A DNA stretch of 63,437 bases, filler included, from Phoronis australis (GCA_002633005.1; 6 parts of 6 records of this genome joined end to end with filler, not necessarily neighbours in it), one strand, 5' to 3'. Shown: positions 48,661 through 62,607, counted from the first letter of the whole stretch. Numbers and translations are program-made. The notes: generated from the sequence alone by a model not told the origin.

Positions 48661-51600
48661 TTACTCTGCGCGTACAAGCGCAGAGTACTGTTGTTCCTGG
48701 GTTTTCTTCAATTTTATTCTTATTCTTATTCTTATTCTTATTACTCTGCGCGTGTAAGCGCAGAGTACTGTTGTTCCTGGGTTTTCTTCAATTTTATTCT
48801 TATTCTTCTTATTCTTATTCTTCTTCCGACCAACTTTGAGGCTTAATAACTCCAAATTGGGTGCAGGTACGGTATTTAAATACAGCATATGACTTTTGAC
48901 AGTATATAAATTTTGATTGGTTACATAATCATATTCCATATTGCACCGGAAGAGGTCGTTTGGTGCAAAGGTCATATAATTTTCAAAATGCTACTTCTCC
49001 GTCAGTTTTAAAGCTATCTTTTTCAAATTCGGTGCACAGGTATAATAGTCGGTGGGCCAGATTTTGTAGGGCCTCTAGAAAATGGTTTTTGTGAGTACTT
49101 TAGGGGGGCAATTTTATTTTGGTGTTTTTTAATTCATTTATTAGAGTCTAAAAAGTTCCCACATATAAAGTTGAACATTTTTGAGAAATTTGAGTTTGAA
49201 GTTACCTAATAATCATCAAAGAGCTTAGTAAATTTATATTTGTAAAAACAGCAGTTTTGGTGACTTTTTGTAAAACAATTAATATGGTCCCATCAGTGCC
49301 ATTGTATTGAACAATATTACACTCACATTACATGTTTTACTATTGTAAATTAATTGTAAACAGCGAAATTTAAAAAATGTAAAGAGACACCTAGTGGCAA
49401 AAATGCAAACTAAGTCTGAATGTTACTAGAAAGTTATTCTGGCATAGTCAGGCAACAAAAATAACACAAAACACTTGAGACAGGGCAAAATTTGTGCCTC
49501 AATGACTAAAACATTGGCTAATGGTGTAAAATACAGCTTGTTTGCATAATACACCAGAAATACGTTATAGTACAAAAACAATATAGTTGAATGATCTCTG
49601 TGAATGTGCACAAAGACTGTATGAAAATAATAGATTATTCTGACAGCGTTTATCAAGCAGTATGAGACAAATACATGACAATGATCAAATTATGTACTTT
49701 CTATGACTTAATCAAAAAATAAAATTAACTTTTTAATACAAAAAAGAAAATAACGGGGTTGGAGGCCTATTTAGTGTTGACTTGTCAAAGAACTATCCAA
49801 TGTTATGCAGTCAGTGTTGCTGATGTTACTACAGTTGTCACAGCTGCACATTTCTGTACAGTTTGACCCAGCATTGCAGCACAAACTCAGTTTCCCAGCA
49901 CACATGTTCTTTTTGCACTTGCAGCGTTCATCGTTTAGTACTTTCAATGGAGATGTGGTCATTGCCATACATATTAACTGCTCCACCGCCACGGAGCCAA
50001 CTATGGTCGATTAGAGAGGGTACAGCACTGCACACTGGAGATTAGCCCGCAGGCAATGGAGGGTCAAACACTAAGTCCTTGTTTGGAGGCGGGCTCTATT
50101 TTGGCAAACGTTTGATTCAAAAAATGTTATAATGGGCTGTGTTAATTAGAGGCAGCAAGTGAATTCTAGAACACTAGCCTCAATTCACTTTTCCTGCTAT
50201 CAAATGATGCACTCATGTTTCAGAATGCTCCTGTCTTGTTCAGGTTAATTGGGTGTTTCAGATTTTGGAAGTATAATTGATTTTCTTGGGAAATCTTGGA
50301 TAACATCTGTATCACTTTCACCAACTTCAGCTTTAGTACTACTGCTGGTGCCTTGAAACGTTGCTATGCCGTTCTATGTCCATTCAATTTTTTGGTCTGA
50401 CACTTGGTCTTCTAGTCTACAGCACTCAGCAGTATACTGTTTAGGCTATTACAGTACATGCAGCTGTTTTCTTCACAAACGTTTGTGACACCTCTTCTTC
50501 TTTTTTATCTCCTGATCTACAGAGTTCCACAGTCTATCAGCTTTCGTCAGAAAGCTTTCCTAAGCTTCTTTAGGCCCTGACATCACAATTTTGTGCTGTT
50601 TGATAAACCTTGAATTATACAGGTATCACACTCCATGGAAGCAGCCATATTGAAGTAACTAAGCACAACAATACAATCTGGCTCTCTGATTGGTCAATTC
50701 AATAGAAAAGCGCCATCAAGTGGCAAGAATGTGCATGATATTTTGTGCAACAAAAACACCTTTTTTTTAAAAATGTGCAAGTGTAGACGTGGGAACTTTA
50801 TGGAATTTGATTTATAGGTATATTATCTAGCCACATAGAAAAAACTAGGTTGCCCCCCCAAAGTACTCACAAGGATGAACGCTATGAGATCTGGCCCACC
50901 GACTCTAAGTCAACATGACAATTTAAAAAATTACTTTTCTATGTAATCGGGTCATCCAATCAGGTGAAATAGGTCAAAGGTCATTAAGTGCAAACTAAAA
51001 TTTTGAGCAAGACACTTCAAATTGACAGGTCTGATTGCCACAGTTAAATCAAATCGGAATCCAAGTTTCAGGTCATTTAGTGCAAACCTGGGGTCATTAG
51101 GTGCATTTTTCTTCTGAAAATTTGACCTTTTCAATCAGCAAGTAATCTGATGAGTCAACCGTTAGACAACTGTGATTTTCAGCGTTAAACACATTTTCCA
51201 TGGGCTTTGCAATAATTCTCCTCAAGATTCTTAAAATGCACCGGATAAGGTCAATTTGTGCAAAGGTCATGTTATATCTCTTACGTTTTCCAAGGAATTC
51301 TTTTCAATTTCAGCACACCGGTGTAAATCAACATGCCAGTAGAATAACCTACTTTACTTCGCAATAGGCCTAACCAATCAGAAAAAAATTGGTCAAAGGT
51401 CATTGCGTGCAAACTAAAATTTTGAGCTAGAGACTTCAGAATTACGTATATGTTTACTAAGTGCGATTGAGTATGAATTCTAAATTTTCGGGTCATTTGG
51501 TGCACCCATGGGGTCATTAGGTGCATTTTTCTTCTGAAAGTTTGACCACTTCATTCATCTTGTATGCTGAAGTGCTTAAAGTAAAACATCTGTGATTATT

Positions 51601-51843
51601 AGCATTAACCACACTTTTAATCGAGTTAACAAGTACTCCCTCATCGGGGCTCATAATGCACCGGAAGAGGTCAATTAGTGGAAAGGTCTTCAAAAAATTA
51701 AGATGTAATTTCTCCTACAATTTTAAAGAATTCCTTTTCATATTGGTAAACGGGTTGCTGTCAGTAACTTCCCATAATAATTCCAGTAATATGCACGCAC
51801 ATAGTCCGTTATTGTCACGCCATGACAATATTTTTTCTAGTTT
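48661..51843 (+). mobile_element. HINE/DINE-1-like element, copy 2, interrupted by an Academ insertion
   Basis: Same 5' hairpin head (twice), microsatellite, body, 3' palindrome and CTAGTTT end as 6713-7988. Confidence 0.75.
49046..50905 (-). mobile_element. Academ (AcademX-type) DNA transposon derivative
   Basis: TIR TAGTCGGTGGGCCAGAT...ATCTGGCCCACCGACTC with a second inverted block (tgtgagtacttt.ggggggcaa). 3-bp target duplication TAA (49043-49045 and 50906-50908). Minus-strand remnant PPNKD..LTLHCLRANLQCAV..DHSW..CKCKKNMC..CCNAGSNCTEMCSCDNCSN. Confidence 0.75.
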
Positions 51844-52604
51844 AAATATGCTATACAACGTACGCGTTTGTACCAAGTATGTTTTACATCTCGATTTGTG
51901 ATACGCAAAATATTTGAACTCGGACTTCTTCCCCGTTGAAATACTTTTGTATAACGCGAATCCCGATAAAATAAACACTGGTACAAACACGTACGTTGTA
52001 TAACATATACATTTTTCATCTTCCGCGCGACTGGGTTTTGGAGTGGCGAGGCAAACTTTGTATTTTTTTCTGCAGCGTCTAACACCGTAATTCGCGTAGT
52101 TTTAAAGTTGCCTTCCTACTACGGACTGTAATGTGTCTCCAAATATTCCAAAGATTCTTTAGCCGGCAACACGTAGCACTCAAGTATTAAGTCAATAAAA
52201 ATCGTACTCTAGCATATACATTCAATCATACATCCAACGGGTTTACGAATATTCAAGGTTTTCCCGTGTTATGAATATAGTGCTAAGAGTTCATGATCAA
52301 CGTTTTGATTTTAATCTAAACGCCTCATCTGAACAAACAGAACTTCTGTAAATCTTCGTCACCAACTATGATGTTCAAACGCAGTCTAGGCTGTTCGTGA
52401 CACCAGACGAATTTTGGTTGTGTCTAACCTGTACCTTAAGGATCAGATCGTTATTTATTTGTAAACAACAAAATATTAGGAAACCCGGGAACATTTTGAC
52501 AAAAAGTGTTCTCAGTTGAGAGTCCAGCGTGATATCATAGTCAAGATATTTCAAAACTAAGTGACGTTTGGAATATGAGTACCATTTACTCATAAAACTT
52601 CGGT

Positions 52605-52704
52605 NNNNNNNNNNNNNNNNNNNNNNNNNNNNNNNNNNNNNNNNNNNNTTAATTAATTAANNNNNNNNNNNNNNNNNNNNNNNNNNNNNNNNNNNNNNNN
52701 NNNN
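52605..52704. other. Artificial contig spacer
   Basis: N44-TTAATTAATTAA-N44. Confidence 0.95.
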
Positions 52705-55450
52705 AAACGCACCGAGATGGCTTTTTATGGAATATTTAATAACACGCTATGCTTGACATGAATATGGTACAATAATCAAATAATACGAGAGCGAAGTGAC
52801 ATGTTGACGACCGATTGTCAAATTTCTTTTGACACTGTTAATGACACTTAACAGAATCACGTAGCTTGTCACTTACGCCCGACAGATTTCTAAGAATGTA
52901 CGTTTGACACCACAGTTCAAGTCAGTTCAGTTCAGAAGATAATGTTTACTTCCCGGATAAACTTTCCTGTTTTATTCCGCAAAACATTGGCTTTGGATGT
53001 ATTTTGTGTCCTTACAAGATGTTTCTTTTGACAGCTTTGATTTTTCTAGTAGAAGTAATTGATAGGCACAGAGGTATTCGATCCCATAAGACAAGAGACA
53101 AACAATTGTTTTAGTAACGTGTTTGATTTGATGAGAACTGCGTACACGTCGGCACAAAACGAATGTCTTTTCATGCCACAAACCGGACTCGCTCTTCACC
53201 ATTTACAGAAGAATCCACAAGAAACGTCTGTTTAACCCTTAGTGGACGACCTTTCCTCACTGTTTTCACGCGCTCGAGCGGACTTCGTTTAAACACCAAA
53301 TACATCTGTGATTGGTTACATTACTGGCGGTACAACTCACAAAATGGAAGTGTTTTTAACAAATCAACAACTTTAATGTCTCGGGGGAAATGTGACAATT
53401 CGCCAACGATAATACCCGTCGCAACTATCGGTGCTCCCTACTTAATCAAGGTTTTAGTCCAGTCATTTTGGATTACTTACCCGGGTAACACGTGACACGT
53501 CCGGTAGACGATCACGGTTTAGGGCTCAGTCACACCAAACTCATTCTCAGAGTGAACGAGTCCGTCCTAAAATATTGAGCTTGATGAAACGGGATGGGGG
53601 CGGACTATTTTGGCAAAAACAGGCACTGAATACGACATCGAACCATGCGCAAAACACGGATAAAAAATGGGGAGCTCGAATTTTTGAGAATGTGGACCTT
53701 TTACTAAAAAAACATGGTATACGTTCAGAGCTATGAATTGTGCATTAGCCGAATTTTAATAGTTCCTGCCTATTTAGGGGACTTTTGCACCATTTTCTAC
53801 TTTTTCGGTGTCTTTATTTCTCTGAGGAGGACCTTTTTGCCCACTTCGCCATGTTGGGGGACTCGTTCGAGCCCCCTGAGCCAGCCCCCCCCCCGTGAGT
53901 GCGCGCATGCGAACACAGATTGCGAGAAAAAAGTCTCCGGCGTTTATTCAGTTCTCACTCAGTTTTAAACCGTTGTATTGAATCTCTTCAGAATTTAGTG
54001 AGAACTACCATAGTGTGACAGGGGCTTAAGTTGAAACGCGAGGTCGCTACCTGAAACGAAAAAAAGAAGCACCTGAGACGACGTCAAGCAGACAAGTTAA
54101 TGAGACAATATCGGTTTTACGTCCTAAAACGCCTTTTTTGGATTGTTGTTGAGCGGAGTTATTAACTTTGATCAGAGTTATATTTTGGGATTTTATATCG
54201 AGGGTACTTGAGAAAATGACCTTTTAAAAATTCTTATCAACTGTGTAATAAGCGTGTTAATACCAGGTCACAGTTGAATACATAAATACAAATCTACTTG
54301 TTCGTATAAAACCCACGTACAGTTAACTACGCAAAACTGGAATGAAATACTTATTTGTGTTCCTATACTTTCGCAATTGGAATATATTGCACATGGTTTT
54401 GCAGATGTCACTATGACTTAACCGCAATGACAGTCTCGCGTGGTTCACATACAAGTTTTATTGTTTTTTCAACGCTTTTCCTTTCCAAGAATTATTACAT
54501 TTGTGTTTGATTTGATTTCAGCCACTTTGCATGGGGAAAGCTTTTGCCTGTTCCATAGCTTTGTCTTTGTTTCGTTCACACTAGTTTTCTCAATTTTTCT
54601 TGTCTCATACCATAATAGAATAAGGCTTCTTTCCGTTTTTTAGGATAAAGCAGAGAGACAAGTGGTAACACGGTGTGGCCGTTCTTGAAATGTCGCATTT
54701 ATCTCGTACTATTACACTTCTGAGGTGAGTAGGTAAATTAGTGAAATAATCTACCTTTTCCATAAGCGCGTTCATTTTTGCTGCAAACACATTGCGTTTT
54801 ACCAATAAAAATTATTTTTTGTCAGATTGCAAAAATGTCGTCTCGGTGTCTTTCTTTGACGCAAAATAACTTCGGGAAAGTAGGGCTTGTTCAGAAATAT
54901 CAAATGGGTGTATTTTAGTTAACTCAAGGTATCGATGCTAAATTCGTAGTTGTACTGTTAAGGACACCAGTAGACTCTTTGGGTTAACCAATAAAATATT
55001 TTGTTCTTAATAACAGAAAGCTCTATCGTTGCCTCACAGATAAGTAAAATATGCCTATTCGTGAATCATTTTCTTCGAGAAACTGTTAACTAATAATCTC
55101 TCTAGACCACCTGTGAGGTAAAACGCACGTCGTACAATCATAAAACTATGTATTGGATAGACCAGGGTATACTATACGACCATTGACAATGCAGGTGAGA
55201 CAAACGATGTAGGAGACCAAAATTGTATCATTTAAAGGACAGGATGGGGTGGCTTTACGTTGCAATGTTGCAATTAATTACGTGGGTTCGTAAACTACTG
55301 GCGTCTGGAAAACTGGGAGGTAATTTCACTTTTGTTTGAAACTTTACCCGTCTTATCACATACACTGTACAAAGAATCTTTTCACAAAATCAAACATGTT
55401 CGCCAATGCCACCTGCCGGGAGGAAGTACTTCCTGGTACAGCCAGCCTCC

Positions 55451-55591
55451 CGTTCAGTAACGCTAGGACCTCGCTAAAAAGCAAAACTTCGCGAGATTAC
55501 GTGAGACATTGCCGTGCATTTCAAATAAGAACACGTGACTTTGACTAGGTTTTAGCTAGGTCCTACCGTAGGTCCTAGCGTCTACTGAACG
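55451..55591. repeat. Short MITE-like inverted repeat
   Basis: cgttcagtaacgctaggacct pairs with aggtcctagcgtctactgaacg. Confidence 0.55.
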
Positions 55592-58052
55592 CACGCCAGG
55601 TGGTGATAAGCGTCACCGGTGACACGTGATCACCTCCATCGCAACATGAAAGTCTCCAACTGAGCTTCGTAAGGTCTACACAGGAGATAAAAGGAAGTGG
55701 CTCGATCCCCAGGACGCTCGCGGAAGATAGATTATTTTATAGCCTCGGTCACGCAAATATGGTCTCTCTTACGGTTCGGACATGTGGTTCACTGGCAGGC
55801 TATGAAAACATCTACATCGAACAAGCAACAAATAGTCATATACGGCAGATAATCCGGAAAATTCCTCCTAAATTGAGTCCGTATATGTGTTTTACAACAC
55901 ACTTACACTCTTTTGTGTCATGTCTTGAAACTATGTTATTCCAAACAGTGACAAAAATTGGCTATCACAAGAAATTCGCTACTCATCACCAGACTTCAAG
56001 TTATCTCCCTTTTTATGCCAGTTTTCGAGGAGAAACACCAAACTGAAAACCGCACGAATGGGAATCGAGCAAGCAAAAACGTCTCCTTATCAACATCATA
56101 CAAGTGCCATGATTTACGCATCCGGAAGTGGGTTGTCGTCCGGACCACATTGTGTCGAGTGCGACAAAATGTCTCAGAACAGGTAAGCGTGCCGCACGAA
56201 CGCCTTTCAAAATAGAAAATCGTGAGATCGTATTAAGTATGCCGTAAGAACGCCCCAAACCACCAATACAAGGAAATTAAGAACTTTATGACCATGGCAC
56301 AATCGAAAAGCATCTGAATTTCTCAAGAAAGCTTGAAGTTGCTCTTGTGAGTGAGCGACGGCCCCACGAACTACACTGTATCTATACCCCTATTCGGAAT
56401 CTGCGATCTCCGTCCGGAATTCGTACATGTAAGTACTGCAATATCGTACGAATCCATTAGCCGTGAAAGCTCTTTATTTCTAATGTCGAGACCGAGACTG
56501 CAGGCAGCGCATAGCAACAGCAGCGGAACTGGTCTCCAATTATTTGTACGGCGGAATTATTCGGGGAGGACATTTGTCATTAAAAGGATACTGGGGCCTA
56601 TTTTAGTAGGTTTATGCGTAAAATCAATAAAAAATAAGTGTGAATGTCAAGCTGTTTGTGGAAGACGTGAAAGGAATGTACAATAAACCCACCTGGCATT
56701 TCCGGAAACGTTCAACTCATCATTCTCACACGACAGTCCAACGCTCGATTTCGTTGCCAAATGTTTATTTCAGAGGTGCTTCGGCTATTTGCCTCTTTCT
56801 CGCCGCCAGTCGGTTATTTTACGGATACCAAAAACGAAACCCCGACGAGGTCACCGCCTCCAATTCAGCTAAACTTTGAGTCGAAGCCTGTGTGAGCAAT
56901 CGGTTGATTTGTAAAGAAATATGAAAAACACACCAGATTTTGCTGTTTAAAATCTCTTGCCAAAGCAAATACTTCAAGAAGTCAGTCATACAAAAATAAC
57001 CCCCAAATTCGTCTTTATTTCGGCCGCAAAACCGATTGTGTCCTTTTATGTCATATTTCGAGAGCCCGGCGCCGCGTTTGGTGGTCTGCAAACGCAGTAA
57101 ACTGAGTACATTACGTTTATCGGGTCGGCGAGCTGTGTTTACAAGCGGAAGAACTACGAATGCTGCAGGTGTTCGGGTAGCCTTGTATTGCATTGGTTTA
57201 CGTACTAGTATGGGGTGGCTCTCCCCCAAATCCGTGATGTGGAAGAGAACCTCCAGGATTCCATTAGACCTGCATTGCTGTAGTCAGACATAAGCACGAA
57301 TCAATTGTGGGAACGCGATTTTTTTCCAGATTTGACAACTCAATTCGTAGCCAATGAAGATGCACAATTGCCACGATTTCCTAATTACGTTTTGAGTGAA
57401 TAGGCGCACACAGTAGACCACGCTTTACCAGCTTACATGAAGTAAACGAGAAATGACGTGTACTCGTGTTCGTTAGATTGGCTTACCATTCGTTGTAAGT
57501 CTCATCTCGATGAAATGATGTGAAAAACACAGATCTGTAAGATGTTAATGAGATTTTTATAGGTGTTGAATCGACGTTTTGCCTGGGATGAAATATTTTC
57601 CGTGATTAGATTAAGATATGTCAGCTAATGTCATCCGTTTTGTCTTTGAGCCATCTACTTTTCTCCGCGACTAGCCATCAAGTTGCTGACAAGTTACATA
57701 GCCTCCTACACAGTAATTTTGCAGCAACAAAACAATTTGATTGTTTTTATGACTGGAAAGTACATGGTTCAAGATCCGCTACATTTTAGTTAAAAACTTC
57801 ATGAAACGGATTTTAAAGCAAGTTAGTTCAGTCGAAACTCAAGGCAAAATAATTCTCATTCAACAAAACCCCCAAATATTTTCTAATTCAACTGAATTTG
57901 ATATGAATATTTTAGTTTAATTTGTGATTTTGGTGGTGCGCCTAAAATGACTACCGTAGTCAGTGAGAGTTGACTAATGCATTATGGGTACTCACGCAAT
58001 TGCCGTCATATGCAATGAGGTTTGCATGGAAACCCCGCCCACTTTTTAAGAA

Positions 58053-58152
58053 NNNNNNNNNNNNNNNNNNNNNNNNNNNNNNNNNNNNNNNNNNNNTTAA
58101 TTAATTAANNNNNNNNNNNNNNNNNNNNNNNNNNNNNNNNNNNNNNNNNNNN
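58053..58152. other. Artificial contig spacer
   Basis: N44-TTAATTAATTAA-N44. Confidence 0.95.
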
Positions 58153-58319
58153 ATTGCTGCAATTTCAATGAGATCTGACTCCCGAACACTCGTTCCCATT
58201 TCCCCACTTGTATCCACTATCTTAAAGTGCCTGTTCAAAAGCAAAACCATGAACAAGGTAGCTGTTATAACTATAATGAGTCTAACCCTTCGTGGCAGTG
58301 TGAACCTCGTTCTCCACAT
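58153..58319 (-). CDS. N-terminus of a probable type II membrane protein (Golgi-enzyme-like topology), truncated by the contig end
   Basis: Acceptor ttttcag at 58339, aaaATG context, basic tail MWRTRFTLPRRVR followed by hydrophobic LIIVITATLFMVLLL and a polar stem. Confidence 0.5.
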
Positions 58320-61093
58320 TTTCTCTCAGTCGTCCGATCTGAAAAGTAGCAAATATCACTATCAATGTTACTCAGTACAAAAAGTAAAATGGCGGCATAC
58401 AATGCTAAGTCCCGTATTTGGTCTTGAAAGCAGGTCAAGTATGGGATACTATGGCAGCAATGCCCCCTTGCATTTTCACATAAAAACGATTTTAAAGCTG
58501 ATTTCAACGCGTTTTTCAAACTTTATTTTTGTTTGATAAAGATTTCCTCTAAGATTTTTACATCCTTTTCGATCATTTTTGCTACCTTTGTAATATATTT
58601 TAAGATTTTGAGAAGTGAAAGAAAAAGAAAATGAAAGTAAAATGAATGTAAAACATTGAAGAGAAAACAAGACTAAATTAAAATTGAATTGTATAATGAA
58701 AAATCGTTCTCAAATTAATTTAATTGAGAAATGTAAACAAAAACGAAACAAAATTAATGTGTAAAATTTCCAGGGCAACGATGGGCGTCCATACAGCTCA
58801 AATGCAACACAACCTACTCACTTGGAGCCGTTTACTATAAAATCTGCCAATTCGGAAGAGCTCGGCGGTGTTTCGTATCTGTGCAAGTACAAACTCCACT
58901 TAGGCAACATCGATGGTTGGTCAAAGACGGTTAAAATCATGATTTTAGCCCAGAAAATCTCAGATGTAGTATGCGACAGTACTATTAATTATGTTATCAT
59001 ATGGATATCCCGCACATACGGTGGCAAGTTCTCAATCTGAGAGCTGATGACTTGATGCAATAATACACGGATCCCAGTCACACAGTCCCTCAAGATTGGT
59101 TGGGTTCCACAACAGCGCACTTTCCCAGTGACTGTTCCAATTTCAAGAAACGAGACATTCTTTTAGCAGCACTCGGTTTGGCGACATGCAGGTCGCCAAT
59201 GCGACTTCATACAGTGTTTGGCAGCCTGGGAAAATCAAAAGTCGCAGCGAAGTCGCCACATCGAGTATCAACGTCAGACAATAATTTCACCGAAATTGGT
59301 TTCAAACTTGGTGTTGACTTCCAAACATAAATTACCAACAGTTTTCTTTGATTCGATACCTTTGGTTTACAATTGTTCCGTTTATTTCGTGAAATGGGTG
59401 CATTCGTCACCCTCAGCAGTCAACAAACGTGCTTAAACTACAACAGGAACTAAACAGATGGAAATCAGAGTTGTACGGAAAAGTTCGGGCTAGATCGGTG
59501 AAACGCGTCTCCAGTCGTTTGCGTTCGTTGGCAGGAGGAATTGAGTGAGAGACTGAATGGTGCACATTTTTACGGGTATAAATGGACGAGGTACGCGAAC
59601 GTTTCTCAGAACGGAGTACGGCATGACCTTATTTAAGTCGACGGTTTCAACGTGATGCGTTAAGTGTTGGAACATCAGATTTCGTTTGGAGACCTGAGAT
59701 TTTCGCCAAGTAACCACATACGACTTCCGGTCAAGCTCAGAGTCAAGCACTGATTGGCCAGTTCCATAACCATCTGGCATAGGTCTTAGACTAGTACACT
59801 CCAGATCATTTCGAGTTCAAACTCGAAGTTTTAGCCTTAATGTTGGTTTTATCAACTGCAAACTAGGACTAAAAAATTAGCCACGTAAGTCATTATGTAC
59901 TCGAGCATAGAAGACGCTTATCTTGAGTTCGCACTGCACAAAAGTAGAGTACTCGGAAAATGCCAAACATAATTTCGAGTCCCATTTCGCGTAAAAAGAT
60001 TAGAACAGACTTGGGCCCAGGTGTTCACAGTTATTACTTTTCGTATTCCGCATTTCCCAGCATGCGTAAGTTCAACGAGTTAATTGTCGTATCGCTGGGC
60101 ACACACGCCCAGTGTTCTTGCCCCCCTCCCCTCAAGGGACCTCAACAACTCAAGTGCCAGGACCCTTGTCTGCCAGCCGGGACCGCCCAGAACCCCACCC
60201 GCACCCCTTCAAAACCCTGTTAGAGAAAACTTTCCGACCCAGGGCACCCTAATATAGGCCTAATAAGTTACTCTTTTACTTATGATTTTGTTGAATCAAA
60301 CGGTATGCGCAATGCTGTCTAGACAATGACCATCATGTTGCCTCTGCTGCCCTAGCTCAACACGGGAATTCACAATTAAAGAAGCTATCCGGATACCCTA
60401 CGGATTCTGAAGGATAGTTTACGCAACTGGGTACATACACAGTCAGCAAGATTCAAAAAACCTTCTGAGCATTTGACGGATTGGGTGTAAGACACGTCAT
60501 TCAAATTTTAACGGGTCAAGGTAATCACAGGACAAAACAAAGCATCATTGGGAATATGGGAGGCTAGTGTGTCCTGAGTGGGATTCTGACGTTGAAACCC
60601 TTAGTACACTCTTGCCCAGTTCATTTATAGGATAAGGAGAAAGCTACTGGATGACACCAGTTCACGCCAACATACAGTGCATGCTAACAAATAGAAACGT
60701 CTGTCCATTTTCCTAAAGGAGACAGACAAAATTTTTCACAAAGAACTTGTTGATCGATTGCAGGGCTTTTGTGAGTCTTAGAGCAAGTATTTCATGCAAC
60801 TATGAGGCCTGCACATGCCTCATGCACTGCAAAAGCCATCAGACCGCATGCACTATTCTTCTTGCAGTAAAAGAATGACAATGACGCAAAATGTACCCAA
60901 CAGTAACTGGCTCAATACAGTGGAAGATCTAGGATATCACAAGGGAGCCCCAACATTTTGTCTGTAAACATTTGCTCAAAGCACGATTGAAGATGCGCAT
61001 AGCACCGAATGGGGGGAGGTCTGGAGGGCGGGAAATCCCCTCCCGCCCAAGAAATTTTTCTGTTTTTTTCCTCAAGCATTTTCCTTGATTCCC

Positions 61094-61643
61094 GAAGTAT
61101 TATCCAAGAAAAAAGGCAAAAAAAAAAACGGAGAGAGTGTCAAACATTAAAAACTGCAAGCGCCACAAACTCGAACTCTCGACCTGGAGGAGAGAGCGCG
61201 CGTGCTTTACCACTACACCACCACGATTTAACTGTCAATTTTATACCAAGAGACCTACTTGTTTATGGTCCACAGCGTGTTGTATTTAAAATAGTCTTCA
61301 ATTACCTACAAAGACCAAATCCGTTTTTTTTTGTTGGCAATAATGACGCGATTACTTTGGAAATCGTCTTAAGTTAAGGTTGACAAAGAGAGAATTATGA
61401 GTTTCTGAGTGTTTCACTAAGGCTTCGATTAAAATTGACATCTTACCAGCAGCTTCTGTTTTTTCATCGTCACTAAGATTCCATTTAATTTTCTTCATTG
61501 CACAGTGGAGCAGACCACGGAAACGGAGTCGTAGTGCCCAGCGCCACTGCCGGTCGCCTGAGATATCGCGGGAGAGCCTATACTTAGCCATTGTTCCGTT
61601 ACGATAGAACCGTGTTCCGAATTTGACACTTGGAATTGGATCT
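61094..61643 (-). mobile_element. Dispersed repeat with an internal tRNA-like promoter, copy 2
   Basis: Colinear with 9610-10239 but lacks an about 70-bp segment present in copy 1. Confidence 0.75.
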
Positions 61644-61654
61644 GAGCCCCCCCC

Positions 61655-61754
61655 NNNNNNNNNNNNNNNNNNNNNNNNNNNNNNNNNNNNNNNNNNNNTT
61701 AATTAATTAANNNNNNNNNNNNNNNNNNNNNNNNNNNNNNNNNNNNNNNNNNNN
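61655..61754. other. Artificial contig spacer
   Basis: N44-TTAATTAATTAA-N44. Confidence 0.95.
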
Positions 61755-61848
61755 GGGTGTCCTCACAGTGGACGGGTGTCCTCACAGTGGACGGGTGTCC
61801 TCACAGTGGACTGGTGTCCTCACAGTGGACGGGTGTCCTCACAGTGGG
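61755..61848. repeat. 19-bp tandem repeat, about 5 copies
   Basis: gggtgtcctcacagtggac. Confidence 0.9.
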
Positions 61849-62220
61849 TGGGTTTTCTCAGGCTGGGAGTGTGTCCTCATGGTGGGTAGGTGACGTAAGC
61901 TGTCGGAGTACTTGGTTCATTGACTTTGCTGGCCAATGAAATTTAACCATTACCTCGTGCAACATCATATTTACTTTTTAGACGTGGTTGCATTATGAAC
62001 GGTTAACTCAGTAAATACGCCCTTTTGTCCAATTAAAAAGAGTGAAAATAAGGCAGTTGAATGAACCAGTCCAACACATATTTACCTGAGCATGTGGGTG
62101 GCTCTGGAGATAGCTAACTTTCACTTGAAACAACGGGCTAAGCTTGTATCTCTTCATGTGTGTCCATCCTTACTTAAAATGACCACTGTTTGATCATGCT
62201 TTCTTGATCTGCCATTTTAG

Positions 62221-62607
62221 ATGAAGCATGTTCTGAAGATCAAGTCTCGTGACGTCAAGGACACAATCATTGACATGTGCTACAGTTTGATTGACAACGG
62301 TTTGGTTAAGAGAAGCAAAAAGTACCGTGGTGGGGCCAAGCCCGAGGGAGAGGCTGGCGACAAAGCTGAGGAACCTGAGGCTGAACAGGCCGAGGGGGAG
62401 GCAGCTGAGGGAGAGAAACCTACAGATAACGGGGAGGTGGTGAAGACTGAAGGGGAGGAGCAAGCAGTGGAGAAAGAGGCAGAGAAAGAGGCGGAGCCAG
62501 CGACGGCAGAGAAGACTGAGGAGACACCTGCGGCCCCAGCTGCAGAAAGCACCGAGGCTAAAGAGGAGGAGGAAAAATGTGAACCATCTGAAGAGAAGAA
62601 GGAATGA
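62221..62607 (+). CDS. Terminal exon of an NAD(P)-dependent epimerase/dehydratase (dihydroflavonol-reductase-like extended SDR) with an E/A-rich tail
   Basis: Acceptor ccattttag|. MKHVLKIKSRDVKDTIIDMCYSLIDNGLVKRSKKY resembles the C-terminal helix of these enzymes. Codon-biased acidic tail, stop codon, then AT-rich UTR-like sequence. Confidence 0.65.
   Translation: MKHVLKIKSRDVKDTIIDMCYSLIDNGLVKRSKKYRGGAKPEGEAGDKAEEPEAEQAEGEAAEGEKPTDNGEVVKTEGEEQAVEKEAEKEAEPATAEKTEETPAAPAAESTEAKEEEEKCEPSEEKKE

Noticed and set aside
52705-58052. Numerous 60-136 aa ORFs in this contig
   Set aside because: No recognisable domains or consistent exon chain; treated as intergenic or intronic.
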